Of a stretch of 64,000 bases of DNA, positions 20,969-32,175 are shown piece by piece. The DNA is taken from the NCBI GenBank assembly GCA_963681965.1, contig OY820579.1, forward strand, positions 2,656,001-2,720,000. The letters are read 5' to 3'. This DNA comes from a bacterium (GTDB taxonomy: Bacteria > Electryoneota > JAOADG01). How positions within the stretch are numbered: the stretch's first letter is position 1; every line of letters starts with the position of its first letter. Under the pieces are notes generated by a model. That model did no database searches, was not told where the DNA came from, and worked only from the letters and a program-made list of their open reading frames with translations. Position numbers and translations under genes: made by a program.

Positions 20969-21889
20969 TCATCTCGAGACTATCCGCCTTATTTCCTTCT
21001 CTAACTCAAGAGTATTTACATCAGATCGAAGAATGCCTTTTCGATCAATTATTAACAGACGGGGTAAACTTGAAATACCCAAAGCTTTTTTCCAGTAATT
21101 TCTCTTCTCTAATCCAATCGGGGCAATAACTTCGTGCCAGGGGAGATCCGCTTTTAATAAGGCTTCCTGCGCTTTTTCAATTGTAAAATCATGATTAATT
21201 CCGATTACTTCAAATCCTTTCGAATGAAGTTCAGAATATATCTGTTTCAACATCGGCATTTTCTTCATACAAGGATTACACCAAGTTGCCCAGAAATCAA
21301 GTAGAATTACTTTGCCCAGAAAATTTCGCGAATTGATTATCATTCCATCAGCACATTTTATTTGGAAGGCGTATGGCTTGCCGATTTGTGGAAAAGGTAA
21401 TGCGCTTTCACCCATTTGTTGGAGTTGCTTGAAAGCATTTGGTGCAATGACATCTCTTAGATTATCCAGTGTCAATGCTTCGATTCCGAAGTAAGCCAGT
21501 CGATCGCAATTAAGTCTATTCGATGGCATAACGAATGTGTGTAATGAGACATTCTCCGTGGATCCACCAGTACTATTCTCAAATTCGAAACGGTTACCGC
21601 AAGAGTCAAAGCCAATCACTCGGAAGTCATACAGACCAGAAATTTTATCACTGGAATTTGCAACTGAAACCGATAAATCACCAGATCTCAGAATTTCGCG
21701 AGAAATTACAAAACCATTGATACAGCATAGTGGACTGGTATTATCTATCGGTTGAATTTGCCAGATCCATCCCGGTTGATTGGGGAACTGTCGAACCTCG
21801 GCATAAACAGTTGAATTTTTTGAAATCAAAAACACAAGTAGGATGAGCGCGGTAATAGATAACTGTATGAGTCTACTAACCTGTTTCAT
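20969..21889 (-). CDS. Exported TlpA/ResA-family thiol-disulfide oxidoreductase with an N-terminal extension
   Basis: Signal/anchor N-terminus; GKVILLDFWATWCNPC and LPRLLIIDRKGILR. Confidence 0.88.
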   Translation of the reverse strand: MKQVSRLIQLSITALILLVFLISKNSTVYAEVRQFPNQPGWIWQIQPIDNTSPLCCINGFVISREILRSGDLSVSVANSSDKISGLYDFRVIGFDSCGNRFEFENSTGGSTENVSLHTFVMPSNRLNCDRLAYFGIEALTLDNLRDVIAPNAFKQLQQMGESALPFPQIGKPYAFQIKCADGMIINSRNFLGKVILLDFWATWCNPCMKKMPMLKQIYSELHSKGFEVIGINHDFTIEKAQEALLKADLPWHEVIAPIGLEKRNYWKKALGISSLPRLLIIDRKGILRSDVNTLELEKEIRRIVSR

Positions 21890-22131
21890 CTGACTCTCCC
21901 TAAAATTGAATGACCACTATCAGATCGACACACAATATTGAAGTATATAGTTATCGATCCACAATTAAGTAACTAGTGAATATGTTAATTCACGGTGGTG
22001 CTGCAAACATTCCGATTAAAGCATTAAAACATTGCTATTGAAAAAGAAAATCGATCAATCCAAATCTTGGTATATACAGTAACTGAAACAGCAATTAGGT
22101 GTTACAGGATTTAATTGTGTTTATTGATAAT

Positions 22132-22172
22132 TCAATCGCACCAGATCGGATGGATTGATCTGGTGCGATTGA
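22132..22172 (-). terminator. Stem-loop downstream of the 1484-aa gene, probable terminator
   Basis: Perfect 16-bp inverted repeat TCAATCGCACCAGATC / GATCTGGTGCGATTGA, about 25 bp past the stop; U-tract is weak. Confidence 0.65.
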
Positions 22173-22196
22173 TTATTCAGGGAACTACCACAATGT

Positions 22197-25100
22197 TCAT
22201 TTCAACAAGTCGAAAGAGTTGCGTCGATCAAGATTCTTTTCCGACTGTTCGTGAATAGTGGTTCCCAATTCGTTGGAATTTGCGCAAGTTGCAGTAAACG
22301 TATTAAAAGCCGTTACCCGGTAATAGAACGCTGTCGATGGGAGGGCATTCGGAATTGTGAATTGAGTAATACTACCATCCGATACCGTTCCAATTAAAGC
22401 TACAGTTCCGGGTGGATTGAAGTATCCAGTAGTCGATCGATAGATATTATATCCCGAAACAGTACCAGTTGCCGCAGACCAGTTTAATACTAGATTATTC
22501 CCAACGACTGTAAGCGTCAGATTAGTAGGTGTAGTGGCAACCGCCCAACTGTTTCCAAACACATGAATCGAAACCGTCATTGCATTCGATGCGTTCGAGA
22601 TGATCGTCAAATCGCCGACAATAGAAGTTATCAAAGTAGGAGTCCAATTGAGTTGAAGACTCAATGAATCCCCGGAGAGAATAGTAATCGGAAAAGTATT
22701 CCAGTTGCTACTGATCCCGGAAGGTAATATCAGTTGTGTAATTGACAATGTGGCGGTTCCGGGATTTCGAACATATAATCCCTGATGACCGGTAGTACTA
22801 ACCTGAACTGATCCGAAAGATATCGATATAACACTAGCTTCGATTTGTGGTAGTGGTACCCAACAAATGCCTGCGAGTGAAATCGAATCTACTGGATTAT
22901 TCGTTGCAGATGAAGAGATGATTAAGGATCCGCTTAAAGCCGAACCCGATATTGGTGACCAAGTGATTTGCATCGCAAGCGAATCGCCGGGAGCAATCGT
23001 TACCGGTAAAGTATTACAGTTGTGCGTAACGGTTGGCGGAGCTGATATCTGCGTGATCGTATACGGATAGTTTCCGGAATTGAACAATATTAGTGAACGT
23101 TGTGCGGATAAATTCACTTGAACCGATCCAAAATCCAGTACAGAAACACTAGTCTCAATCACCGCCTGCGGTACCCAACTGGAACCGGTTAGAAATACAG
23201 TATCCACAGGCGTGTTAATGACATTCGAAATGATTATGCATCTACCTGATTGATCGATAAGGGTCGTGTTACTATTTGGTGTCCACGTAAGTTGTAATGC
23301 CACCGAATCGCCTGCAGCTATTGAAATCGGAAAGGAAGTCCAGTTAGCAGAAAAAGTTGGTGGAAAGAATAAATTACTGATACGGAGCGGTGCTAATCCA
23401 CCATTTCTCACCATTGTCGATCGAGTAACTTGATTTCCAACCATTACTGTTCCAAACGATACTGTTGCTGGATTCATCGAGATTGTCGGTTTCGGATACG
23501 TAAACAACAGCGCCGTTTTACTGATCGGTTGAAAACTATTGGATCCGTATTGTATGAAACTGGTACCGGTAGTTGCCCCCTGAATGCCAATAGTCGCATT
23601 GAAAACAGTTGGGGAGGGGATAGTATCATACTGAAATAATATGTCACCGCTGTTATTTAAAATAACTTGAAACCGAATTTGATTGTTCAGATCTCCAATT
23701 CGACGTGCCCAATAGGATATAACAAACCGACCATCAAGCAACCGCTGTGTCATCACCCGATCATTTGAGGTTGAAATCATCGTCAAATCGTCCCATAGTG
23801 GGAATAATACGCATGGACGGGATGCAGAGGCAGCAGGCAAATTGGTATTGTTGTAAGCTTGCCATACTGAAGGACCGAAAACAATGAACCCATTCGAACT
23901 AAAAGTAAGGGTATCGCCAACCGTCGATCCATAAAATGGCATCTGGAAGCCGCTATTGGAAATCGTACCTAACGCTTCATCGCCATTCAACCAAATTGCG
24001 CTACCGGTTGTTGAAATATCGATCCAATGATACACCGGACCGGAACTGGAATAGTTACCGGCAAACAGGTAATTACCGGTATAGGGACCACCGGTTTGAG
24101 GTGGAAGTACTGATGGTCCGAAAAAACTACCGGATGCAGGCAGTCGGATATTGCCGCTTGAATAAGATGCGTAAAAATAATAACTGTAATTTGCGGCATT
24201 AGATAACGTGACCGAAGTACTCCATACTTCCGTACCCGGTAACGATCCCGATTGTAATGTCATCGGATAGGAAGTAGAATTGAGATTGAGTAGTACTTGC
24301 GTCGGTGCGGTTCCCGTTACATAAGAAGTGTAGTTAACGGTGAATTGAAAGTTCCCGTTCACGACACCCACAGTCGGAAAAACCTCATTATTTGTTAGCA
24401 CGCTCGAAATCGCTGTTCCAATTAACATTGAACTAGTTGTACCACTGATTGCGTCTGATTCAATTGAAAGTGAACTCAACAGTGCACCTGACGCAGGAGG
24501 TTGCCAGGTCACATTGTATGAAGTGGAATCGCCAGCAGCGATCGTAACTGATGAAGTAGATGGAGTAACATTCGCCGGTGTGGTCATTCCGGTGATATGC
24601 AATGGTACAGCGCTGAAGTTCCTGATTTGGAAAGCTCGCGTTGAATTACCGTTAATTGGAACCAACCCAAAATCGATCGAAGCAGGAGTGATTTTACACC
24701 AAGGCAATGTCGGATCGAATTGAATCGCGAAATTTGATTCACCCGGCATAGTATTCGAGCCGAATTGAAGATAACCGCCGGGTAACATATTGTTTTGGAT
24801 ACCGATTGAAGCACTGAATTTATCGGCACCGATCGTAGTATTGTACTGATATCGGATCGTACCGTTACGGTACAAGATTGCTTCTGCTAGAATGGTTGAA
24901 GTCGGAAAGTATACATTGTGCGCATAGTATTCTATAATAAATCTGCCATCGAGCATATCCTTATACCAGATTCCTTCAGTCGAATTTGGCACGATTGCCG
25001 CATCATCCCAGAATAATGCCAACGTAGCAGTGGGTAGAGTCGCGGTGGGGAAGTTTACATTCACTGCCGTTGATATCGTGGTTGGTCCCAAAGTAATCAG

Positions 25101-26651
25101 TCCATTGGTGCTGACAGCAATATTTCCATTGTATTCCGATCCGTAAAAGGGGAAGATGAACGAACCTAAGCTAAAAGATGAAAATGCTTCGTCGCCGCTC
25201 AGTGATAATTTTGTTCCAGAAGAGCGGATGTCTACCCAATTGTACGCCGGTCCACTAGCATTGGTGCTTGTTCGATACATATAACCTGCTGCAGTGGGAG
25301 CGACGGTACTGGGGGGGCGAATATCGACGATAATAGTATCGTGTGCGACGCTGTCGTATGAATCAGTGGCGTTAACAATTACTGTCGAATATCCAAACGA
25401 GCTGCTAGATATCTGCAGATCAGTACCTACAATGGAAGGGGTGACAGAAGTACCTTGTCCGAAACTGGGAATAACCGAACAAGAATAGGTGAGGTGGTCG
25501 CCATAGGGTAGATCGGGATCGGAGAAAATAGTATCTAGATTTGCGATAGTAAGATTGGTAATGGGCGAATCGAGATACAGTGGTGCAATGTGGCGATCAA
25601 GCATGGGATTATTGTCTAATACCACTGAAAACGACAATTGATCGCGAATACTCCATCGTCCATGGCTGTCTTGGACTCGGAAATAGGCAACATGTGGTCC
25701 GAGTGGTAAGCCGGTTAATGGCGCTATAAGATGAATATTAGGCTGTTGTGACGGGATAAATGGAATAGAAATGCCATTACCATATCCGGGGTCACTATCG
25801 ATATAATACTCGCATCGGGTTATTGTTCCGATCGGGAGCGGATACGAGGATGTATCGCTCCAAACAAGAAAACTACTGGCAACAGGAACACTGTACGACC
25901 AAATTCCGCAATCGCCTTTAGCGCGAATGTAGATTTGATGAATACCGTTCGCGACGCCATTCAATGGAACCACAAATTGACCGTCAGTTGCATGTCCGGG
26001 ACTCGATGCCGCGACATAAAATCCATGTCCAGCACCGGGATCGTCGTCGATAAATGTTTCGAAACCGATAATATTGCCAGTTAAATTCGAGCTAATCGAG
26101 GTAGTATCTGTCCAAACCATGAAACGTGCGGTTCCTTGACTACCTAGCGACCATTTGCCATCATTGCACTTGGCTCTGATCGTGATCGTGTGAACGCCGT
26201 TACTAATTTGGTTGAGCGGCATCATGATCATCTGTGAGCAGGTGGTTGCGGGATTGAGTTGGGCAAAATAGGTACCATATCCTAACCCGGGATCGATATC
26301 AATGAAGCACTCGTAACCAACGATTGTTTTGCCGACAGTATCACTTGCAGTAGAATTGTCTGACCATAAAAGAAAACGATTATAGACAGGTGTTTGCAGT
26401 GACCAGTTACCATTATTGCTCTGGGCGCGAATACCAATTTGATGAATACCGGCACTCAATCCGGTTAAATCGGCATTGAAAGTAAAATTGATCACTGAAT
26501 CAGGATTAACTGGTACGATTCTTCCGTGACCAATTCCTTGATCAAGGTCAAAGTAGTATTCCAGCCGGGTGACTGATTGTGCATTCGCTAGAGCCACACA
26601 TAAAGTAACTAAGCACCATAGTGTTAGTGACAACTTCCATCGCCTTCTCAT
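22197..26651 (-). CDS. Large secreted protein: 4 EYFIDxDPG repeats, 2 nidogen-like beta domains, 4 choice-of-anchor D (ASH/Cep192-like Ig) domains, terminal FN3-like domain
   Basis: Signal peptide. Repeats EYYFDLDQG, ECFIDIDPG, ETFIDDDPG and EYYIDSDPG. Two 'GPxY(N/H)W(V/I)DI...PFYG' domains; four 'I(D/S)FG.V.V....(R)N.G..PL.I' domains; FYYRVTAFN. Confidence 0.88.
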   Translation of the reverse strand: MRRRWKLSLTLWCLVTLCVALANAQSVTRLEYYFDLDQGIGHGRIVPVNPDSVINFTFNADLTGLSAGIHQIGIRAQSNNGNWSLQTPVYNRFLLWSDNSTASDTVGKTIVGYECFIDIDPGLGYGTYFAQLNPATTCSQMIMMPLNQISNGVHTITIRAKCNDGKWSLGSQGTARFMVWTDTTSISSNLTGNIIGFETFIDDDPGAGHGFYVAASSPGHATDGQFVVPLNGVANGIHQIYIRAKGDCGIWSYSVPVASSFLVWSDTSSYPLPIGTITRCEYYIDSDPGYGNGISIPFIPSQQPNIHLIAPLTGLPLGPHVAYFRVQDSHGRWSIRDQLSFSVVLDNNPMLDRHIAPLYLDSPITNLTIANLDTIFSDPDLPYGDHLTYSCSVIPSFGQGTSVTPSIVGTDLQISSSSFGYSTVIVNATDSYDSVAHDTIIVDIRPPSTVAPTAAGYMYRTSTNASGPAYNWVDIRSSGTKLSLSGDEAFSSFSLGSFIFPFYGSEYNGNIAVSTNGLITLGPTTISTAVNVNFPTATLPTATLALFWDDAAIVPNSTEGIWYKDMLDGRFIIEYYAHNVYFPTSTILAEAILYRNGTIRYQYNTTIGADKFSASIGIQNNMLPGGYLQFGSNTMPGESNFAIQFDPTLPWCKITPASIDFGLVPINGNSTRAFQIRNFSAVPLHITGMTTPANVTPSTSSVTIAAGDSTSYNVTWQPPASGALLSSLSIESDAISGTTSSMLIGTAISSVLTNNEVFPTVGVVNGNFQFTVNYTSYVTGTAPTQVLLNLNSTSYPMTLQSGSLPGTEVWSTSVTLSNAANYSYYFYASYSSGNIRLPASGSFFGPSVLPPQTGGPYTGNYLFAGNYSSSGPVYHWIDISTTGSAIWLNGDEALGTISNSGFQMPFYGSTVGDTLTFSSNGFIVFGPSVWQAYNNTNLPAASASRPCVLFPLWDDLTMISTSNDRVMTQRLLDGRFVISYWARRIGDLNNQIRFQVILNNSGDILFQYDTIPSPTVFNATIGIQGATTGTSFIQYGSNSFQPISKTALLFTYPKPTISMNPATVSFGTVMVGNQVTRSTMVRNGGLAPLRISNLFFPPTFSANWTSFPISIAAGDSVALQLTWTPNSNTTLIDQSGRCIIISNVINTPVDTVFLTGSSWVPQAVIETSVSVLDFGSVQVNLSAQRSLILFNSGNYPYTITQISAPPTVTHNCNTLPVTIAPGDSLAMQITWSPISGSALSGSLIISSSATNNPVDSISLAGICWVPLPQIEASVISISFGSVQVSTTGHQGLYVRNPGTATLSITQLILPSGISSNWNTFPITILSGDSLSLQLNWTPTLITSIVGDLTIISNASNAMTVSIHVFGNSWAVATTPTNLTLTVVGNNLVLNWSAATGTVSGYNIYRSTTGYFNPPGTVALIGTVSDGSITQFTIPNALPSTAFYYRVTAFNTFTATCANSNELGTTIHEQSEKNLDRRNSFDLLK

Positions 26652-26675
26652 CGGAATTCCTCCTGGTTCGGGATG

Positions 26676-27665
26676 TCAGTATGCTCGCGCCGAAACTGTC
26701 ACGGGTAATCCGGTTTGGGTCGTTCCATGTCCGATTGTCTGAAACATTGTGATTTGTGGATAATAGGATCGACCGGAAAGTACATAGGCTGCTGGACCAC
26801 CAAAAGGACCGGCAGTTATACCATCCATACCTCCACTGATCGTCGGTGATCCCGCAGCTGTTTGGTACATTTGATCGCCTGAGCCGGTTCCTATGATCAT
26901 CGCAGAGACAGTAACATTGAAATGATTGAATAGGTCGGCTCGAGCGTTTCCGCCATTACCAGAAAAGAAATTGTATTCTGCTGCGGAATTCGAATGCAAG
27001 GTAAATGTCGAGCCGACTGCGATATTATTAAAAAAATCGGACCGATAGATATCGATCGAACCGCCGATATAATTATTGTATACAAGATTCATCGTGACCG
27101 ATGTACCATCACTGCATGTTAGATTGGATGTAATGATGTTGTTCTTGATTGTAGCAGTCGCATCGGTCATGATCGTTACCGATGAAACTTTCGATTGTTG
27201 AATGATGGTTGCTGTGCCCGACAAGTATACATTGTTACCATAACATTTTTTTATTGTCACGTTTGCAACGCCTTGATTGACTAGAATATTAGCAGTTTCG
27301 AATCCCTCGATTACTGAATTATCGCTTCCCGTTGCGAATGTAATGGTTCCGAAATGAGCACTGTTAGTATTGACCGGTGCTGGAATCAGATTCGTCAAGA
27401 AATAACCGGGACCAACGAAATACAATTGCTTCGAAATCGTTGCACTTCCATATCCACCATTGTTTTCACCAACACAGATGATCGTATCACCGATTGCTGC
27501 AGAATCGTTCGCACCTTGGGCAGTACGAAAATGAGCGACTGAACCGGGATTGCGATCGAGCACACGAATTGTTGCGTTAGCCGGATTGAAGCCGGCACTG
27601 AGTAAGGTTAGCAAAAGAACAAACAGTACAAGGAAATTGTGATGAGAGTGTACTTTCCTACTCAT
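26676..27665 (-). CDS. Secreted right-handed parallel beta-helix protein (module partner, copy 1)
   Basis: Signal peptide; AAIGDTI cap; Asn-ladder (IKNNII, VYNNYI, FFNNIA); ends GLPVTVSARAY; homologous to 62102..63097. Confidence 0.85.
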   Translation of the reverse strand: MSRKVHSHHNFLVLFVLLLTLLSAGFNPANATIRVLDRNPGSVAHFRTAQGANDSAAIGDTIICVGENNGGYGSATISKQLYFVGPGYFLTNLIPAPVNTNSAHFGTITFATGSDNSVIEGFETANILVNQGVANVTIKKCYGNNVYLSGTATIIQQSKVSSVTIMTDATATIKNNIITSNLTCSDGTSVTMNLVYNNYIGGSIDIYRSDFFNNIAVGSTFTLHSNSAAEYNFFSGNGGNARADLFNHFNVTVSAMIIGTGSGDQMYQTAAGSPTISGGMDGITAGPFGGPAAYVLSGRSYYPQITMFQTIGHGTTQTGLPVTVSARAY

Positions 27666-27699
27666 GGTTTATACTCCATTCTTGGAAAAATTGCAGTTG

Positions 27700-27802
27700 T
27701 TCCCGACAATCATTGAAGAATATTCTTAAAGACTCGAGTAAGTTTAAAAAATTACTTGATATCCCAGGTCGAGATTGTATAAGACTACCTGATTGTCGGG
27801 AA
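27700..27802. repeat. 13-bp perfect inverted repeat enclosing 77 bp in the 5' region of the beta-helix gene
   Basis: TTCCCGACAATCA (27700-27712) and TGATTGTCGGGAA (27790-27802), with an inner TCGAGTAA/TTACTTGA stem. Confidence 0.7.
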
Positions 27803-27954
27803 TTTCTAGCGCTCGTATCGATTAACAAATGAGCGCTTTATTGAGTAGTACACAAGGAAAGTGAGAATCTCGTGGGTACGAGGAAGCAGAAATTAATTAT
27901 CTTGTAAACTGATCGCAGAATAGATGTAAAAAATGAGTAATAAGTTGCAGATTA

Positions 27955-29970
27955 TTAATTAGTTGAAGTGTTGTATAGAATAAATCCAGACCATAGTTTC
28001 GGGTGTGGAACGCCCGTCATTTCCCGAGCGTCTCGAATTAATTCGATTTGCATTTCGTGAAAAGCTACCGCGATCGATTCGTTAAATAAGAGATTTTGAT
28101 AAAATTTCTGGACAGCTTGAAAACTTATTCTATCGGGTAATGGTTGAACTACCGCTACAACGCTATTTGCGCCAGCCTTTAAGAATGATCGAATTAAACC
28201 GATCGGACTTTCATGAATTCGCAATGTACCCAGACCAGTGTTGCATCCGGATAGAAACACTAGACTACCAGTGCATATATTCTCGGTATGTTCGATTTCG
28301 CTAGCTGTGACAATGCCGTTACCGTGATGCGGTTTACTACTACCGGATTCCAACCAATCATTCACACCCGAGAATACGATACCGCACTTTGCACTTTGCG
28401 ATAGAAATTCTTTCGGAGTGATTGCACGATTGTACTCGATATCTGTCGTTCGACCGTTCGCATCGCTTTGTGTATCGATCATATAAAAAAAACCGTGGGT
28501 TGCAATATGAAGAATCGTCGGTGATTGAATACGGAAGAATGACTGCTTCGTAGCATGAATTCCAGAATGATGAACTACTTTAAAATGGGATTGTGTAAGT
28601 GTATTATGTATCCATTTCCCCTCAAGTTCACTTGCCGGTAGGGGGGTAAAATTCGTAGTGAATCCGGCATTTGAAGTTGATGCTTGAGCAGAATATTTGT
28701 CTGAATCATCTGATCTCACGATAGATCGGAATTGGGTTTCGGATGGGGGGGATACTGAAAACCGAGGATTGGAAATCACGACGCACTTTCGGATTCCGTT
28801 TGTTAACATCGAACTGTAATATAAACCACTTCGCGCACTAAGAGCATACGAAATGTGAAACTTCTCAACAAGAAGAATATCGTTATCGTCGATTAATTGT
28901 TCGAATTGTAGCGACGCCAAGGTTCTATCTGGAACGATCAACAGTTTTCCAATACCGGGATCGATTGAAACTGAATTGAGTAACGGTTTAATCAGCAGTT
29001 GATACAATTGATTCGAAAGTGAATGCCATCGTACATAGCCGTCATCGTCTGTCGCAACATTTGCCAGTGTAAGTTCAGAAATTAAGTGATTGATGTGAGC
29101 AGCATCATTGATTACAATGAGATCGACTTCGACACCACGCTCTTTCCAATTGGTAATTACGAATGCGGTATATTGTCCTGTATTTCCACTTTCACTACCG
29201 GTATTTGTGTAATAGAAATCAATCACTGCAGTGTCAGGTGCCAATCTATTTGTAATATGTGATAAGGATAGTTCAAGCGAGTTAAATGTCCCAGGACGAT
29301 TCGTCTGTTCAACCGATAGTTCAGCAGACAATTCCTCATAACGTTTAATAAGTAAATTCCATTTGTCATTATTCGTTACGCATTTTCCGATAGCTAATTC
29401 GCTGAATGCTTCACTGATCGATCGAAGTTCGCGGATCGTTTTCGATGATTTTTTTCCAACTCGATTTTGTTGACGTGAATTGGATAAGTTTTTGAAAAAC
29501 TCTAGTTGTAAATAACCTTCAATTAAGTCTTTCGGTCGTATGTATGGTGATTTAAGAAATTGTAAAAATGATTGTACTACTTGAAATCCCATGGATTTAA
29601 AGATCGAGAGTTTGTTTGCGGAACTGTAAGGTGCTAGTACTTTTAACAAATTGTTTTGAAGACCGATACTCAGGAAGTAATAGATACGCGCTTTCGAATA
29701 TTTTTTCTTTTCCTGTAAGTAACAGTAACCCAAGTTCACTAAAGTATTACAATATTTCAATGTGTGATCGGTACCCCATTTAACTGAATCCCGTTGACTT
29801 GCACGCAAGTACTGTATCGCTTCGGGATACAGATGTAGTTCAACTAGTGTCGAGCCGATATTATGAAGTAATGGACTGTGATCGGATATTTTCCGATTGT
29901 GCTCAATTCGCCTCATTGATTTCCGATAGAAAGAAATCGCCAAATCTTGCCGATCCATTTTTACCAGAAG
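27955..29970 (-). pseudogene. 3' part of a TPR-CHAT (caspase-like cysteine protease) gene, separated from its 5' part by IS insertion
   Basis: CHAT dyad motifs LHIATHGFF and LVFLSGCNTGLG, plus PKLWSGFILY. Joins in frame to 32517..33330 once the IS and one GAAG copy are removed (…GLL-L-V-K-MDRQ…; 2826 bp, 941 aa). Confidence 0.9.
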
Positions 29971-30817
29971 TGATCTGCCCCCATTATTTGTACCAGTGTC
30001 TATGTCACACTGGTCTCATTCCTGCGTAGCGTAGCGGAGCAGGAATGAGTGGTAACTCTGTTTCCGGTGCCGGCGGCAGATAGCCCAAAGAGCTGTGCGG
30101 TCGAATCGTATTGTAATGGTGCCGCCATTGTTCGATAATCACCTTTGCTTCCAATATGGTATCAAAGATTTCACCCTTCAGCAACAGTTTCAACCGACAG
30201 TTAAAACTTTCGATGTATCCGTTTTCCCACGGGCTGCCAGGCGTAATAAACAAGGGTTGCACATCAACCCGGGGCAGCCACGCTAGTACCTCATTCGCCG
30301 TAAACTCAGGGCCATTGTCACTACGAACATGAATCGGTGTACCTCGTACTACAAACAGTTCTTCCAGTACGCAAAGAACATCATCCGCCTTGATCTTCCG
30401 GGCTACCAGGATCGCAAGGCATTCCCGGGTGTATTCGTCCATGATCGCAAAGATCTTGAACGAACGACCATTCGACGTATGCCACGTGACAAAGTCGAAG
30501 CTCCAGACATGATCCGGATGTTCCGGACGTAGACGGATGCAGGAACCATCATTCAGCCACAGTCTTCGACGCTTCTTCTGCTTCTTCGGGACCTTCAGTC
30601 CGGACTGTCGCCAGATCCGTTCCACCCGTTTGTGGTTTACCCGCCAGCCGATGTTACGGATCATCGCCGTTACGATCCGGTAGCCATACCCGCCATACTG
30701 GCAAGCCAGAAATACCACCAGCGAGACCAACGGGCCTTCGTGAGGTGGTACCCTCAGTTTGGACAGTTTTGTGCGAATCTTAGTTAGATTGCACCGCCCA
30801 CTGTCTGCTGTTTCTTG

Positions 30818-31702
30818 TCAGGCAGCTGCCTGACAAGAAAGATTTCTTAGACTATCGGTGTAGACTTCATCTGGGGTTTGATAGCCCAAGCCTTGGTGCG
30901 AACGTTCGCTGTTGTAGAACGAAAAATACTCACCGATGCTACGCTCTGCAATGCGAACTGAATCGTACCCTTTCAAGTATACTTCCTCGTACTTCAACGA
31001 CTTCCACAACCGTTCGACAAAACGGTTATCCATCCACCGACCTTTACCATCCATACTGATCCGAACGCCTGCCTCTTTCAAAACATCCGTAAATGCGATG
31101 CTGGTAAACTGACACCCTTGATCGCTGTTGAAGATCTCAGGCTTCCCATACTTCGACAATGCTTCCGTCAGCGCTTCCACACAGAAATCGGTGTCCAGCG
31201 TATTCGAAAGTCGCCACGACAGTACTTTCCGGCTGTACCAATCGATCACCGCCACCAGATACACAAAACCCCGAGCCAATGGGATGTACGTGATATCGGT
31301 TGCCCACACTTGATTCGCCCGATCTACCACAATATCGCGAAGCAGGTACGGATAAATCTTGTGTTCCTTGTCAGGAACCGTCGTACGCGGCTTGCGGTAC
31401 AATGCTTCCAGACCGAGGATGCGTAGCAAGGAACGAACCTTTTTCCGACCAACATCGATACCCTGCTTCGATAACTCCACCACCAGTTTACGGGCACCGT
31501 AGAACGGAACCTTCAGGTGAAGCTCATCCAGCGTTCGCAACAGCATCAATTTGTTCGAATCAAGCGGAACAGGGCGATAGTAGTAACTGCTGCGTGGAAC
31601 CTTGATCAAAGAACACTGCTGAACCAACGGTAAACGGGCACCCGGATCGATCAGCGCTTCACGCTCAGAACGCCCAAGCGACTGAGCCCCCGTGACAAAA
31701 AA
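30818..31702 (-). CDS. IS3 transposase OrfB (probably expressed as OrfAB via -1 frameshift)
   Basis: [20 protein letters not shown] and [10 protein letters not shown]. The frame is open upstream to a T6 run (31702-31697) in -1 relation to orfA. Confidence 0.88.
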   Translation of the reverse strand, partial: FFVTGAQSLGRSEREALIDPGARLPLVQQCSLIKVPRSSYYYRPVPLDSNKLMLLRTLDELHLKVPFYGARKLVVELSKQGIDVGRKKVRSLLRILGLEALYRKPRTTVPDKEHKIYPYLLRDIVVDRANQVWATDITYIPLARGFVYLVAVIDWYSRKVLSWRLSNTLDTDFCVEALTEALSKYGKPEIFNSDQGCQFTSIAFTDVLKEAGVRISMDGKGRWMDNRFVERLWKSLKYEEVYLKGYDSVRIAERSIGEYFSFYNSERSHQGLGYQTPDEVYTDSLRNLSCQAAA

Positions 31703-31953
31703 TCGTTCTCCATCGTTAACTGGCCAATCTTGGCGCGAAGCTCCTTAAGGTCTACTTCTTCACTTCCTGACGACTCGGTCTTGCCAAACACCGATGCAGC
31801 ATGATCCAAAAGCTGCCTCTTCCACTGGCTGATCTGATTCGGATGAACCTGATACATACTCGCCAGTTCCGATACCGTCTTGTCACCCTTGAGGGCTGCT
31901 AATGCTACCTTCGCCTTGAAATCAGGCGATAAGGTCCGTCGTAATCCCGACAT
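31651..31953 (-). CDS. IS3 transposase OrfA (HTH) of the nested element
   Basis: MSGLRRTLSPDFKAKVALAALKGDKTVSELASMYQVHPNQISQWK; GGGAG RBS before ATG 31953. Confidence 0.9.
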   Translation of the reverse strand: MSGLRRTLSPDFKAKVALAALKGDKTVSELASMYQVHPNQISQWKRQLLDHAASVFGKTESSGSEEVDLKELRAKIGQLTMENDFLSRGLSRLGVLSVKR

Positions 31954-32175
31954 TGTAAACTCCCTGCTTGCTGTCAAAATATCGGGCAAAGCAATCTAAC
32001 TAACAAACTGTCCAGGAAAACGGGACCACTTCATCGTCGGCACGACGAAGCGGTGCATACCGGTGACTCGTTCGTGGTTCGCAAAGAACCGTACAGACCC
32101 GTCGTTCCGAGACCCGATCAATGCCCAGCGAATGGCGAACAGTAAGCGCAGTCTCGCGACGCTTCGCCGGGCACA

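Larger units (their letters stand above)
30741..32033 (-). mobile_element. Nested IS3-family insertion sequence (1293 bp), apparently intact
   Basis: IRs TGAGGTGGTACCCTCAGTTTGGACAGTTT and TGAAGTGGTCCCGTTTTCCTGGACAGTTT; 3-bp target duplication TCG (30738-30740, 32034-32036). Confidence 0.95.
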
